Source: Negativicutes bacterium (GTDB taxonomy: Bacteria; Bacillota; Negativicutes; JAGPMH01). Taken from it: a DNA stretch of 59,304 nt. The stretch lies in the NCBI GenBank assembly GCA_018052945.1, contig JAGPMH010000003.1:1-59304 (forward strand), in the 5' to 3' direction. Position numbers and translations under genes: made by a program. The notes beneath the pieces are model-generated. The model saw only the letters and a program-made list of their open reading frames with translations, was not told where the DNA came from and searched no databases. Positions 7,906 through 18,939 of this stretch are shown piece by piece (position 1 is the stretch's first letter; every line of letters starts with the position of its first letter).

Positions 7906-9748
7906 TTCTCCAATCTATAACTTTAACATCAAGGTTCTGACAAACACCACAAATGCTACAAGTATCTCTCCGGCAATCTACCGTATATTGTTCATTAACA
8001 GCCTGTTCATATTCTGTTATTAAAAACTTTTTAGTTGCCCCTGTCCCGATATGATCCCACGGTAAAACTTCAGTCATATTTCGTTCTCTAGTAACATAGA
8101 AATCAGGCTCAAGATTACATTTAGCTAATGCTTCTAGCCAATTGTCATAATTGAAAAAGTCTGACCATCCATCAAATTTAGCACCTTGTTTCCAAGCTTC
8201 CATTATAACTTTTGATAAGCGACGATCACCTCTAGCAAAAACGCCTTCCATATAGCTTGTTCTGGCATCATGGTATTTAAAGGAAATAGACTTGTCTTTT
8301 ATGTTTTCTTTTAACAGTTGTTGCTTACGATTAATTTCTGCCGTTGTATTTTGAGCATACCACTGAAATGGAGTATGTGGCTTTGGCACAAAGGAAGAAA
8401 CACTAACTGTAACTCTTGCTCCTCTTTTACCAGTAACTTCTTTATAACAATTAACAACTTTTTGTGCTAATGTGGCAATACCAATAATATCTTCATCACT
8501 CTCAGTCGGCAACCCAATCATAAAGTAAAGTTTCACACCACTCCAACCTTTAGCAAAGGCTGCACTAACCGCAGTTATTAAATGTTCTTCCGTTACACCT
8601 TTATTTATCACATCGCGTAGTCGTTGCGTCCCTGCTTCTGGAGCAAAAGTTAAGCCACTTTTTCTTACTTCTTGTACTTTTTGTGCTAAGTCAACCGAAA
8701 AGCTATCAATTCGCAATGATGGCAAAGAAATACTGACCTTGTCTTTTTTGAATTTATCCATTAAACAATCTACTAATTCACTAAGTTTAGAATAATCAGC
8801 TGAACTTAGTGATGTTAACGAAATCTCATCATAACCCGTATTTTTTATCAAATCTTCCGCCAATTTAATTAAGGTTTCCATTTTTCTCTCACGAACCGGT
8901 CGATAAATCACTCCGGCTTGACAAAAACGGCAACCTCTAGTGCAACCTCTAAATAATTCTAACATAATACGATCGTGCACAATGTCAATAAATGGAATGA
9001 CCGGTTTCGTTGGAAACTTAGCATTATCAAGATCGGCAACGATTCTTTTATTAATAATACTTGGAGCTGTTTGTTCTAAAGCAATTATTTCTTTAATGGT
9101 ATTATCAGAATTGTAGTTTACAGCGTAAAAGCTCGGAACATAAATACCTTGAATTTGTGCTACTCTTCTTAATAAACCCTTTCGTCCGTCTGTTTTGTTA
9201 CTATGTTTCCATGAAATAATAACATCCATTACTTCTAATATTATTTCTTCACCTTCACCAATAATGAAAAAATCAAAAAAATCGGCAACCGGTTCCGGAT
9301 TAAACGCACAGGGACCACCGCCAATAACAAATGGGTCTTCCAGATTCCGTTCACTTGATAGCAACGGAATATTAGATAAATGAAGCATATTAATAACATT
9401 GCTATAAATAAGCTCATATTGTAATGAAAAACCTAAAACATCAAAGTTTTTAAGAGGGGTATATGTTTCTAATGAATATAGACTAATTTTATTGCAAGAA
9501 AGCTCATTTTCCATATCAACCCATGGTGCATAAACACGCTCTGCCGCAAGGTCAGCTCTATCATTTAAAACTTCATATAAAATCTTTAATCCTAAGTTGG
9601 ACATTCCAACTTCATAAACATCAGGTAATGCTAAGGCAATAGTAGCTTCAACTTTATTATGATCCTTTATAACACTATTAAGTTCTCCACCGGTATATCT
9701 GGCCGGTTTTAGAACTGAATTAAGTATCGATGGGGAAATTTTAATCAT
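7892..9748 (-). CDS. Radical SAM protein, TIGR03960-like, with B12-binding-like N-domain
   Basis: 618 aa. CTRGCRFCQAG is a CxxxCxxC cluster motif. Conserved partner of the DUF2344 gene upstream of rng in Clostridia-type gene order. Confidence 0.85.
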   Translation of the reverse strand: MIKISPSILNSVLKPARYTGGELNSVIKDHNKVEATIALALPDVYEVGMSNLGLKILYEVLNDRADLAAERVYAPWVDMENELSCNKISLYSLETYTPLKNFDVLGFSLQYELIYSNVINMLHLSNIPLLSSERNLEDPFVIGGGPCAFNPEPVADFFDFFIIGEGEEIILEVMDVIISWKHSNKTDGRKGLLRRVAQIQGIYVPSFYAVNYNSDNTIKEIIALEQTAPSIINKRIVADLDNAKFPTKPVIPFIDIVHDRIMLELFRGCTRGCRFCQAGVIYRPVRERKMETLIKLAEDLIKNTGYDEISLTSLSSADYSKLSELVDCLMDKFKKDKVSISLPSLRIDSFSVDLAQKVQEVRKSGLTFAPEAGTQRLRDVINKGVTEEHLITAVSAAFAKGWSGVKLYFMIGLPTESDEDIIGIATLAQKVVNCYKEVTGKRGARVTVSVSSFVPKPHTPFQWYAQNTTAEINRKQQLLKENIKDKSISFKYHDARTSYMEGVFARGDRRLSKVIMEAWKQGAKFDGWSDFFNYDNWLEALAKCNLEPDFYVTRERNMTEVLPWDHIGTGATKKFLITEYEQAVNEQYTVDCRRDTCSICGVCQNLDVKVIDWRNARD

Positions 9749-9791
9749 GATAATCCTCCAAAAACTAAACTTTCTCTACTGACTATTTAAT

Positions 9792-9821
9792 AAAAGTCTA
9801 CACCAGATTGTGTAGACTTTT
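9792..9821 (-). terminator. Rho-independent terminator after rodA
   Basis: Minus strand AAAAGTCTACAC-aatctg-GTGTAGACTTTT followed by ATT. Confidence 0.65.
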
Positions 9822-9822
9822 A

Positions 9823-10977
9823 TTAAAATAATATCTTTTGTCTGCGCATATGAATATTAAGTAAAATACCAATTGCTAATAAATTAGTGGTTAATGCACT
9901 AACCCCATAACTCATAAATGGTAGTGGTATGCCTGTTACCGGCATAATGCCAGCAGTCATTCCAACATTAACTAAAACATGAAAAGTTAACATTGAAGTT
10001 ATTCCTGCGGCTAATAATGTCCCAAAATCATCCTTGGAATCATTAGCTATTTTCGCTCCGCGATATAAAATCACTAAATATAGTAATAAAATTACCAAGG
10101 CTCCAATAAATCCTGTTTCTTCACCAATAACTGCAAAAATAAAATCAGTATGATTTTCCGGTAAAAAATTCAATTGGCTTTGCGTTCCACCAAACAACCC
10201 TTTGCCAAATAGCATCCCTGAGCCAATAGCAATTTTAGATTGTATTATATGATAGCCTGAACCTAAGGGATCTACATTCGGATTTATAAAAACTGTAATT
10301 CTCATTTTTTGATAATCTTTTAAGAAATGCCAAAAGATTGGCAATAAAGCCAGTCCTGCACCAAATAAAATCATTAATATCCTTAAACTAATTCCGGCAA
10401 CAAAAGTCATGCCTAACAAAATTGCCAAAAATACTAGCGACGTTCCTAAGTCAGGTTGCTTCATTACTAAGAGGAACGGGAAACCAACATATAAAAATAC
10501 AGGTAAAATATCTTTAAAAGTATTAAGTTTACCAATTCTTTTTTCTAGCAACGCTGCTAACGATATAATCATAATTATTTTCGAAAATTCTGACGGCTGT
10601 AAAGTAATCGGTCCAATTTGAATCCAACGTTGTGCTCCTAACGCACTATGTCCAAACACCATTACAGCAATTAACATAATAATATTAAAAGCGTATAAAT
10701 GATTACCATATTTTTGTAGGCTTTTATAATCAAAAGTCAGCATAAAATAAACTAAGCAACAGTTCAACACCGCAAAAATACCTTGCCGTTGTACATACCA
10801 ATAGCGATCGTCAGAAGGAGTATTAATATGCGTTGCACTGCCGATAATTATCAAACTAATTCCAATTAAACCCAAAACAACAGTAATCAAAGTAAAATCA
10901 AGTTTTTTTAACATTCTGTTATTTAACATTTTTTTACCTTTCTTACATAACCAGAAATTCCTTAACACTAAGGACAA
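9823..10977 (-). CDS. rodA: Peptidoglycan glycosyltransferase RodA (SEDS family)
   Basis: Polytopic FtsW/RodA/SpoVE-type sequence (..PSEFSKI.., ..GSGMLFGKGL.., ..PENHTDFIFAVIGEE..). The likely true start is the ATG at 10929 (MLNNRM..) with a GAAAGG RBS. A TATAAT at 10993-10998 leaves no room for the upstream ATG. Confidence 0.9.
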   Translation of the reverse strand: MSLVLRNFWLCKKGKKMLNNRMLKKLDFTLITVVLGLIGISLIIIGSATHINTPSDDRYWYVQRQGIFAVLNCCLVYFMLTFDYKSLQKYGNHLYAFNIIMLIAVMVFGHSALGAQRWIQIGPITLQPSEFSKIIMIISLAALLEKRIGKLNTFKDILPVFLYVGFPFLLVMKQPDLGTSLVFLAILLGMTFVAGISLRILMILFGAGLALLPIFWHFLKDYQKMRITVFINPNVDPLGSGYHIIQSKIAIGSGMLFGKGLFGGTQSQLNFLPENHTDFIFAVIGEETGFIGALVILLLYLVILYRGAKIANDSKDDFGTLLAAGITSMLTFHVLVNVGMTAGIMPVTGIPLPFMSYGVSALTTNLLAIGILLNIHMRRQKILF

Positions 10978-11008
10978 CCCTAGGTATTTTTAATTATACC
11001 CTAGAAGA

Positions 11009-11034
11009 TAAAGAAAAGCACACTTTCGTGTGCT
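11009..11034 (-). terminator. Terminator after minE
   Basis: Minus strand AGCACAC-gaaa-GTGTGCT followed by TTTTCTTT. Confidence 0.6.
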
Positions 11035-11076
11035 AACTTATTTATTATACTACATTAGCTAACTTATTTGTAAAGA

Positions 11077-11355
11077 TTATTCCTCAAACCCAGTTCCACG
11101 TTTCATCCTATGGACTGGTATATTGGCAACCAACGCCACTGATGAATTATTACTGGTAAGGGTAACTTCCATCTCACGTTCATTTATTTCCATATAGTTA
11201 GAGATAACTCTGAACATATCATCCTTTAAAATTTCCATGAATTGTGGAGAGACATTGGCACGATCGTGTACTAACACCAAACGTAATCGTTCTCTTGCTA
11301 TATCTTTAGATGCTGTAGTCTCTTTTCCAAACATCTTCATTATCATACCTAGCAT
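11077..11355 (-). CDS. minE: Cell division topological specificity factor MinE
   Basis: 92 aa. ..SKDIARERLRLVLVHDR.. is the MinE signature. Follows minD. Confidence 0.9.
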   Translation of the reverse strand: MLGMIMKMFGKETTASKDIARERLRLVLVHDRANVSPQFMEILKDDMFRVISNYMEINEREMEVTLTSNNSSVALVANIPVHRMKRGTGFEE

Positions 11356-11369
11356 AACTTACTCTCCTC

Positions 11370-12164
11370 CTAAATTTTTAGTAGCTTTTTAATTTTCCCA
11401 AAAAAGCCTTGATTTATTTCAATTTTCATTAACGGCACATCTTCGCCCATCAAACGTTTAATAATATTGCGATAAGCCGTACTTGCTAAGGACAAATTAT
11501 TAGTTATTGCCGGCTCACCTCTATTGGTAGAAATTACAATATACTCATCTTCTGGAATAATTCCTAATAATTTAATTGATAAAATCTCAATAATATCATC
11601 AATATCCATCATATCGCCTTTTTTAACCATATGTGGTCTAATACGATTTATGACAAGCTGCGGATTATTCTTACCTTCAGCTTCAAGTAAACCAATAATT
11701 CGATCCGCATCTCGCACCGCTGATACTTCAGGAGTTGTAACAATTATCGCTTTGTCTGCTCCTGCAATAGCATTTTTAAAACCTTGCTCAATGCCGGCCG
11801 GACAATCAATAATAACATAATCAAAATCTTTTACAAGTTCAGCACAAACTTCTTTCATTTGCTCAGGATTTACGGCATTTTTATCTCTAGTCTGAGCTGC
11901 TGGCAACAGGTATAAATTTTCATATCTTTTATCTCTGATTAAAGCTTGCTTTAATCGACAAACCCCTTCAGTCACATCAACTAAATCATAAACGATACGA
12001 TTTTCTAACCCCATTACTACATCTAGATTTCTCAATCCTATATCGGCATCAATTAAAACAACCTTTTTGCCTTCTAATGCAAATCCCGTCCCTAAATTAG
12101 CACTTGTTGTAGTTTTACCTACGCCACCTTTTCCGGATGTTACAACTATAACCTCACCCATCAA
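11370..12164 (-). CDS. minD: Septum site-determining ATPase MinD
   Basis: 264 aa. Deviant Walker A SGKGGVGKTT and a C-terminal amphipathic helix. Confidence 0.95.
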   Translation of the reverse strand: MMGEVIVVTSGKGGVGKTTTSANLGTGFALEGKKVVLIDADIGLRNLDVVMGLENRIVYDLVDVTEGVCRLKQALIRDKRYENLYLLPAAQTRDKNAVNPEQMKEVCAELVKDFDYVIIDCPAGIEQGFKNAIAGADKAIIVTTPEVSAVRDADRIIGLLEAEGKNNPQLVINRIRPHMVKKGDMMDIDDIIEILSIKLLGIIPEDEYIVISTNRGEPAITNNLSLASTAYRNIIKRLMGEDVPLMKIEINQGFFGKIKKLLKI

Positions 12165-12171
12165 AGTCCTC

Positions 12172-12792
12172 CTAACTATTAATTACATTAATAACGATAT
12201 TTCCATCTTTTATGCTTGCCATTTCCGCACCCTGTACTTGTTCTAAAACATCCGGTGCTCGTGCAATAAGATCCGATATTCTAATTTGACTAGCTAACAG
12301 TTTTTCTGCAATTATTGTTGCTGAACTGTCACCAAAAGCTCCCGCATGAACAATACCTCGGCAAGCTCCTTTTATTTCAATATTACCACCGGCAATTATT
12401 TTTGCACCAGGGTTAACATCACCATTTATTAAAATTGAACCAAAATTAACAATTTCCTGACCACCACGCACTGTTTTATCAACAACTAATAACTCATGCT
12501 GAACTGTCGCATCTTCAATATCATCATTCAGTATGTGGTTTTCGGGAATTTGTTCTTCTTCAACAATTTTTAAACTTAAACCATGATTATCAAAAATATT
12601 GTTCAGTTCCATCAGTTGTTCATTGGTAATACCTTTAGGTAAAAAATTAACCACTGTTCCTTTACCAAAAAACTCAATGGAAGCATCCAATTTTGCAATA
12701 AGTTTATCAGTTAAACTTTTGAAATCATTATCTTCATTTAAAAATAATTGCAAGCCAATTTTGCTACCTTTAAATACAACATCTTCTCGCAT
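12172..12792 (-). CDS. minC: Septum site-determining protein MinC
   Basis: 206 aa. C-terminal beta-helix repeats (..NGDVNPGAKIIAGGNIEIKG..). Upstream of minDE. Confidence 0.85.
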   Translation of the reverse strand: MREDVVFKGSKIGLQLFLNEDNDFKSLTDKLIAKLDASIEFFGKGTVVNFLPKGITNEQLMELNNIFDNHGLSLKIVEEEQIPENHILNDDIEDATVQHELLVVDKTVRGGQEIVNFGSILINGDVNPGAKIIAGGNIEIKGACRGIVHAGAFGDSSATIIAEKLLASQIRISDLIARAPDVLEQVQGAEMASIKDGNIVINVINS

Positions 12793-12872
12793 AATTTCTC
12801 CTAAACCTTGCTTTCATTGTATCATTAGTTACAATTCGCGATATTTTATAATAATCCTGCTTTAAAATATAG

Positions 12873-14705
12873 TTAATTTGTCTTAACTATATTATTTACA
12901 GGTTTAGTAGTCGCTGGTGGATTGGTGTTGATATTAAAAACAGCTTCTAATATTTTTTTACCAATTGGGACTGCTGAACTGGCACCAAAACCACCCTGCT
13001 CAACAATTACAACAACTACAACTTCCGGCTTTTCATAAGGAGCATAAGCAACAAACCATCCATGGTCACTACCATGCGGATTTTCTGAGGTTCCAGTTTT
13101 TCCGGCAATATTTACTGGAAAATCTTTAAATAACAATCCAGCCGTTCCACCTTCTAGTGCTACATTACGTAGCGACTCCCTAATAATATCCATCGTCTTT
13201 TTTGATATTGGCAGTTCGCCCAGCTTTTCAGGTTTAAAATCCTGAACCAAACTTCCATTACTATCAACAATTTTATTCACTAAATATGGTCGATAAGAAA
13301 TACCACCATTAGCAACCTGACTTAAAACCATCGCCATTTGTAGTGGCGTAGTCAATTGAAATCCTTGTCCAATCGCTGCATCAAAAGTTTCCGATAAATA
13401 CCAGTCATCATCATAAACTTTCTTTTTATATTGTTTGTTTGCAACTAACCCTTCCATTTCATAAGGTAAGTTAATCCCAGTAGTTTTACCCAAGCCAAAT
13501 AACCGTGCATACTTCTCCAGTAAATCGATCCCTAAACGATTTCCCATTTCATAAAAATATACGTTGTCAGATTTTGCTAACGCTTCTCGAAAATCAAGCC
13601 AACCTAAAGCTTCTCCCATTGCATTACCTTTAGGAATAATCCAATGTTTACCTGTATCAAGAATTTTTTCCTCCGGTGTAACTTTTTTTTCTTCTAAGGC
13701 TGCGGCACCGGTAATAATTTTAAAAGTAGAGCCCGGTGGATATTCTCCAGAAATAGCTTTATTATCTAACGGGTGATTAGGGTTATCATTTATTTCTTTC
13801 CAATCTTTTGAAGAAATCCCTCCCGCAAATAAATTCGGATTAAAAGCCGGTCTACTAGCCATCGCTAAAACTTGTCCTGTTTGCGGATTGACCGCTACTG
13901 CAGCTGCAGCTTTGGCATTAGGATAACCACCTTTACTTTGCAAATATTGTAATTGTTCATCAACAGCTTGTTCTAATGCTTTTTGAACTTTATCGTCGAT
14001 TGTCAGGTATAAGTTATGTCCAGGAATCGGTTCTTTTTTTCCAAGAATTTGCACTGGCTTACCAGTAACGTCAACCTCAACTTGACCGCCACCATCAACA
14101 CCGCGTAATTCTTTATCATAAACCTTCTCTAAGCCAAATTTTCCGACTATATCACCAGATTTATACCCTTCAGCTTTTTTCTTTTCTAATTCTGCATCAT
14201 TTATTTCACTAACATAGCCAAAGATATGCGAAGCCAAATTATTATTAACATAATTTCTAATAGGCTGAGTTTCTACCACTACTCCAGGAAAATCATCTTT
14301 ACGCTCTTCCAATATCGTTATAATATCAGGACCAACATCATTTTTTAAATGAATAGGATCAAATCCCGTATGTTTCTTTATTTTTTCATATATTTCATCT
14401 TTATTCATCTTTAACACATCAGCTAACCTGACAATTACACTGTCATCAATCGGTCCACTTAATGTTAATAAAGATACTGTAAACCCGGGCCGATTAGATA
14501 CCATAATAACGCCATTACGATCATAAAAAATGCCCCGCGGAGCCATCGCCGGAATTAACCTTATTCTATTACCATCAGCTAATTTACTATAATAATCACC
14601 ATCAATAATTTGCAAGTATACTAATCTTGTAATTAAAGCTAAGATAACTAAAAAAGCGATTAGAATTAAAACTTCAATTCTTTTTTTATAAGGTTTATCA
14701 TTCAC
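12873..14705 (-). CDS. mrdA: Penicillin-binding protein 2 (elongasome transpeptidase)
   Basis: 610 aa. N-terminal TM anchor, STFK active-site motif (PGSTFKIITG), SDN (KSDN) and KTGT (GKTGTSE). Lies between mreD and minC. Confidence 0.9.
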   Translation of the reverse strand: MNDKPYKKRIEVLILIAFLVILALITRLVYLQIIDGDYYSKLADGNRIRLIPAMAPRGIFYDRNGVIMVSNRPGFTVSLLTLSGPIDDSVIVRLADVLKMNKDEIYEKIKKHTGFDPIHLKNDVGPDIITILEERKDDFPGVVVETQPIRNYVNNNLASHIFGYVSEINDAELEKKKAEGYKSGDIVGKFGLEKVYDKELRGVDGGGQVEVDVTGKPVQILGKKEPIPGHNLYLTIDDKVQKALEQAVDEQLQYLQSKGGYPNAKAAAAVAVNPQTGQVLAMASRPAFNPNLFAGGISSKDWKEINDNPNHPLDNKAISGEYPPGSTFKIITGAAALEEKKVTPEEKILDTGKHWIIPKGNAMGEALGWLDFREALAKSDNVYFYEMGNRLGIDLLEKYARLFGLGKTTGINLPYEMEGLVANKQYKKKVYDDDWYLSETFDAAIGQGFQLTTPLQMAMVLSQVANGGISYRPYLVNKIVDSNGSLVQDFKPEKLGELPISKKTMDIIRESLRNVALEGGTAGLLFKDFPVNIAGKTGTSENPHGSDHGWFVAYAPYEKPEVVVVVIVEQGGFGASSAVPIGKKILEAVFNINTNPPATTKPVNNIVKTN

Positions 14706-14814
14706 AACATTATCTCCTTAAAAGACTTTAAGGCATCTTAACAGATGCCTAATTTTACAAATATCAGTTAATACACACATAAAATATAACAAAAAAATCA
14801 AACTGACTCAAGTA

Positions 14815-15306
14815 CTATTTCTTTTTTAAATTCAAACTTAATTTGTATAATAACTTATGCACAAAGAGGGCAATAACGACATTGTAAGCTAATACCAACA
14901 ATAAATTATAAAGCATGGCAATATTAACATTAATGTTTACACCTAATAACAACAAAAACAACAAGCTCAAAATATAATTAAGGACTGTCGCTATCGACAT
15001 TGCAATCAATGGCAACAATTTATGTTCCTTAAAAACCTGCTGCTCAATGCTCCCAAAGATAAAACCAATAAACATTTTGACCAAGGTATTTAGTCCAAAA
15101 AATGTTCCTGATAATAAGTCTTCCAATAACCCTGAAAAAAAACCAATGGTTACACCATGATGCTTGCCTAAAATAATACTAGTTAAAACTACAATAATCA
15201 ATAATAAATCTGGCTTTAAGCCATTAACAAAAAAATCAACTAAAATTGTAGTTTGAATTATTATCGCACTAATAACTAGGGCAGACCAAACAAAGATTGG
15301 ATTCAT
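14815..15306 (-). CDS. mreD: Rod shape-determining protein MreD
   Basis: 163 aa polytopic membrane protein directly following mreC, overlapping it by 1 nt. Confidence 0.8.
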   Translation of the reverse strand: MNPIFVWSALVISAIIIQTTILVDFFVNGLKPDLLLIIVVLTSIILGKHHGVTIGFFSGLLEDLLSGTFFGLNTLVKMFIGFIFGSIEQQVFKEHKLLPLIAMSIATVLNYILSLLFLLLLGVNINVNIAMLYNLLLVLAYNVVIALFVHKLLYKLSLNLKKK

Positions 15307-16211
15307 TATTTAGCTACTCCTTTGTTAGCACTCGGTGGTATTACTGCATTAAGTGGAGCCGGTGCGGTCTCCCTTGAGTTAACAATAACTAGGACTTCTT
15401 CAATGCGATAAAAATCAACGGCCGTTTTTACGGTTGCATATTTCAACAATCCACCAGCCTCATTAGTTACTTCAACAACCTCCCCAATAACAATCCCTTT
15501 CGGATATAAACCACCATATCCCGAAGTTAAGACATTGTCGCCCACAACAACATCAGCATCACGAGGAATATTAAGCATTTTTGCTAGCGTTTGTACACCG
15601 ACACTACCTTGCATAATACCAATAACTCTCGATTCAGGGCGTTGAATAATTGCGCCAACCGCCGAACGGGGATCTAATATTAATTGAACCTTGGCAGAAT
15701 GCTCATAAACAGCAACAATAGTCCCTACTAACCCTTGTGGAGTAATTACCGGCATATTTTTTTGCATACCATCTTTAGCACCCAAATTAATAGTAATACT
15801 ATTAGTTAAGTTACTAGAATCATAGCTGATAATTTTAGCCACCGCAGTATCAAACTGTTTCACTGCATTTTTATAATTTAAGATGTTAGTAAGTCGGGTA
15901 TTTTCCGCCATAATTTCATTAACATTTACATCACGCTGCCGTAATTGTTCAACTTCTGACCTTAACATTTTATTTTGTTCATATACCGTAACCATTTCCC
16001 AAGAAATAACGCCAATCTTTTTAGTTACATTGCTAATACTAGTTATTGCCGATTGAAAAGGCGATAATATCGTATTAACTACATTTTCACTTATTTTTAA
16101 ATCATATTTTCCTTTGACTGTAGTAAACGCCAATAATCCAACAATAAAAACCGCCACCCAGAGTATTATTGTTCTTCTATTGGAGGCATCAACTCTTACT
16201 CTTCGTCTCAT
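15306..16211 (-). CDS. mreC: Rod shape-determining protein MreC
   Basis: 301 aa. TM anchor, coiled coil, and beta-barrel motifs (..[12 protein letters not shown].., ..[16 protein letters not shown]..). Confidence 0.9.
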   Translation of the reverse strand: MRRRVRVDASNRRTIILWVAVFIVGLLAFTTVKGKYDLKISENVVNTILSPFQSAITSISNVTKKIGVISWEMVTVYEQNKMLRSEVEQLRQRDVNVNEIMAENTRLTNILNYKNAVKQFDTAVAKIISYDSSNLTNSITINLGAKDGMQKNMPVITPQGLVGTIVAVYEHSAKVQLILDPRSAVGAIIQRPESRVIGIMQGSVGVQTLAKMLNIPRDADVVVGDNVLTSGYGGLYPKGIVIGEVVEVTNEAGGLLKYATVKTAVDFYRIEEVLVIVNSRETAPAPLNAVIPPSANKGVAK

Positions 16212-17233
16212 GTTCTTCTAGATGACATCGCTATTTTTTTCAAAAATTCAATACTTTCGAGTGACTTTCCGGTGCCTTCTCCAACACAACTTAATGCATC
16301 TTCGGCAATATAAACCGGCATACCTGTTTCTTTGCTGATTAAGGTATCAAGATCACGTAATAATGATCCACCACCAGCCATAACAATTCCTCGGTCCATA
16401 ATATCAGCCGCTAATTCCGGCGGTGTTTTCTCTAACGTAATTTTTACAGCCTCAATAATGCTGGAAATAGGTTCGCTCAACGCAACTTGGACTTCACTTG
16501 CTTTTAATGAAAGTGTTTTTGGTAAACCTGACACCAAATCGCGCCCTCTAATATCCATCGTTTCATTATAAGTTGGCTCAATCGCAGTCCCAATTGTCAT
16601 TTTAATTTCTTCGGCTGTTCTCTCACCAATCATTAAATTATAGGTTTTTTTAACATATTGAATAATTGCTTCATCCATTTCGTCACCACCAACTCTAATG
16701 GAGCGACTTGTTACAATACCGCCAAGCGATATTACCGCAACTTCCGTTGTCCCACCACCAATATCAACAATCATATTGCCAGTTGGCTCATGAACCGGTA
16801 ACCCAGCACCAATAGCCGCCGCCATCGGCTCTTCAATTAAATAAGCTTCTCTGGCTCCAGCTTGAATAGCAGCATCAATTACTGCTCTTTTTTCAACTTC
16901 TGTTACACCTGATGGAACACCAATAACAACTCTTGGTCTAATAAACGATTTTTTATCTAAAGCTTTACTGATAAAATGTTTTAACATCGCTTGCGTAACA
17001 TCATAATCAGCAATAACACCATCTTTTAATGGTCTTATTGCAATAACATTTCCTGGTGTCCGGCCGATCATTTGCTTCGCTTCTTCACCTACTGCTAAAA
17101 CTTCATTAGTATCTCTTTGAATTGCAACAACAGAGGGCTCACTTAAAACTATTCCTCTACCCTTTACATGCACTAATGTATTTGCAGTACCTAAATCGAT
17201 ACCCATATCTCTATTCCCAAAAAAATTAAACAT
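16208..17233 (-). CDS. mreB: Rod shape-determining actin homologue MreB
   Basis: 341 aa. DLGTANTLV.., [10 protein letters not shown].., [11 protein letters not shown] are actin-fold phosphate motifs. Confidence 0.97.
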   Translation of the reverse strand: MFNFFGNRDMGIDLGTANTLVHVKGRGIVLSEPSVVAIQRDTNEVLAVGEEAKQMIGRTPGNVIAIRPLKDGVIADYDVTQAMLKHFISKALDKKSFIRPRVVIGVPSGVTEVEKRAVIDAAIQAGAREAYLIEEPMAAAIGAGLPVHEPTGNMIVDIGGGTTEVAVISLGGIVTSRSIRVGGDEMDEAIIQYVKKTYNLMIGERTAEEIKMTIGTAIEPTYNETMDIRGRDLVSGLPKTLSLKASEVQVALSEPISSIIEAVKITLEKTPPELAADIMDRGIVMAGGGSLLRDLDTLISKETGMPVYIAEDALSCVGEGTGKSLESIEFLKKIAMSSRRT

Positions 17234-17259
17234 TATTTTCCCCTCTCAATTTCCCTAAG

Positions 17260-17961
17260 TCAAAAAAATCCTTGTTCCTTTAAACTTATATATTTATCAT
17301 TGCCAATAATTAGATGATCTAAAACTTTAATATCAAGAATATTACCAGCTTCAGCAATTTTATTGGTTACATTTATATCTTCTGTACTAGGCGTTGGATC
17401 ACCACTAGGATGATTATGCACCATAATCAATGCTGCCGCTGAATAATTTATTGCTACTTTGAAAATTTCTCTAGCATCAACAATAGCAGAATTTAAGCTC
17501 CCTACTGATATTACCGGATTAGCAATAATATGATTTTTCATATTAAGTAATACTACCATAAACTGCTCTTTTTGCTCAAAGCGTAATCTTGGCATTAAAA
17601 ATTCTGCTAATGTTGCTGGCGAATTTATAATTTTTTCATTTTCTACAGTTTGTTGAAGCATTCTTTTGCCTAATTCCAAGGCTGCACAAATCGTTACTGC
17701 TTTAACAATACCAATCCCTTTAACTTTACTCATTTCCTGAGGGCTAAGATTAACCAACGAACAGACCCCATTATACATCTTCTGTTGAGTCAAAAGTTTT
17801 TCTGCCACTCTTAACACTGAATCTTCTTTCGTGCCGGTTCGCAATAAAATAGCTAACAATTCAGCATTGCTCAAATTATTAGCTCCAGCACTCAGTAATT
17901 TTTCTCGAGGACGCTCACCCGTTGGTAAATCTCTAACCATTAAAGGTTTATCTTTGTTCAT
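17260..17961 (-). CDS. radC: RadC-like JAB-domain protein
   Basis: 233 aa. HhH N-terminus (ERPREKL..LSNAELLAILLRTG) and JAMM motif HNHPSGDPTPS. Confidence 0.9.
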   Translation of the reverse strand: MNKDKPLMVRDLPTGERPREKLLSAGANNLSNAELLAILLRTGTKEDSVLRVAEKLLTQQKMYNGVCSLVNLSPQEMSKVKGIGIVKAVTICAALELGKRMLQQTVENEKIINSPATLAEFLMPRLRFEQKEQFMVVLLNMKNHIIANPVISVGSLNSAIVDAREIFKVAINYSAAALIMVHNHPSGDPTPSTEDINVTNKIAEAGNILDIKVLDHLIIGNDKYISLKEQGFF

Positions 17962-18527
17962 AGCAATTTAATCCCTGCCTCATGACAAATTTTATACAAC
18001 TTGCTTAATGGCAATCCTACTACATTACTATAACAACCACATATTTTTTCTACAAAAATCGCACCAATTCCTTGTATCCCATAAGCTCCAGCTTTGTCAA
18101 GCGGTTCTTCTGTTTCAACATATTTTATAATTTCATCTTCTGTCAATGTTCTAAATGTAACAATAGTTTCTTCATAATCAACAATACATTCATCCGCTGT
18201 GATAATGGCTATTCCTGTTATCACTTTATGTTCTTTACCTGATAAAATTTTTAAAAATTCTATTGCTTCAAGTTTGTTTTTCGGTTTTCCATAAATATTA
18301 TCTGATACTACCACTACGGTATCAGCACCAATAATAGTACTTTCAACTTCATTTTCAGTTGAGGCAATTTCCTTTGCCTTTAGTGAAGCGTTAAGCATTG
18401 CAATTTCATAAGGATTTAAATCTGCAGAAATTACTTCTGCCGTCGAACTTACTTTAACAATAAACTCACAACCGATTTGTTGTAATAATTCACTTCTCCG
18501 AGGCGAAGCCGAAGCTAAAATAATCAT
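17958..18527 (-). CDS. maf: Maf-family nucleoside triphosphate pyrophosphatase
   Basis: 189 aa. ILASASPRR.ELL.., ..GADTVV.., ..DKAGAYGIQG.. are Maf signatures. Confidence 0.92.
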   Translation of the reverse strand: MIILASASPRRSELLQQIGCEFIVKVSSTAEVISADLNPYEIAMLNASLKAKEIASTENEVESTIIGADTVVVVSDNIYGKPKNKLEAIEFLKILSGKEHKVITGIAIITADECIVDYEETIVTFRTLTEDEIIKYVETEEPLDKAGAYGIQGIGAIFVEKICGCYSNVVGLPLSKLYKICHEAGIKLL

Positions 18528-18540
18528 AAAAACACCTCAA

Positions 18541-18813
18541 TTAAAACCTTTTAAATAAAAATATTGCAAGTATTATTCCAAAAATACTTATTAAATTAGG
18601 TTGCAGTGTAAATCCTAATGCTATCTTTATAACATATAAATTTATACTAACCGGAGCTAAATCAATTATTGGATAAGTTTGCACTAAATAATGTGCTATT
18701 CCGGAAAACGCAGCTGTGCTAGATATTATTTCACCTAAAATACCACCTAATATCGCTCCAGTAATAACAAATAAAGCTAAAATACCATAACCTCTACCAG
18801 TATTTCCCCGCAA
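18541..18813 (-). CDS. Small membrane protein, DUF4321-like
   Basis: 90 aa with two hydrophobic segments. Conserved position upstream of maf-radC-mreB in Clostridia-type genomes. Confidence 0.6.
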   Translation of the reverse strand: MRGNTGRGYGILALFVITGAILGGILGEIISSTAAFSGIAHYLVQTYPIIDLAPVSINLYVIKIALGFTLQPNLISIFGIILAIFLFKRF

Positions 18814-18892
18814 AATAACACCTCCACTACTAAGTTAAATAATACACATTACTTTTGCTATTATATCACATTTTATATCTTACTAGAAGAGT

Positions 18893-18934
18893 AAAAAAAG
18901 ATAAGAATTATTTTAAAATAATTCTTATCTTTTT
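18893..18934 (-). terminator. Terminator after the ArsB/NhaD-family permease gene (bidirectional shape)
   Basis: AAAAAGATAAGAATTATT-ttaa-AATAATTCTTATCTTTTT, with A and T runs on both sides. Confidence 0.7.
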
Positions 18935-18939
18935 GAAGT

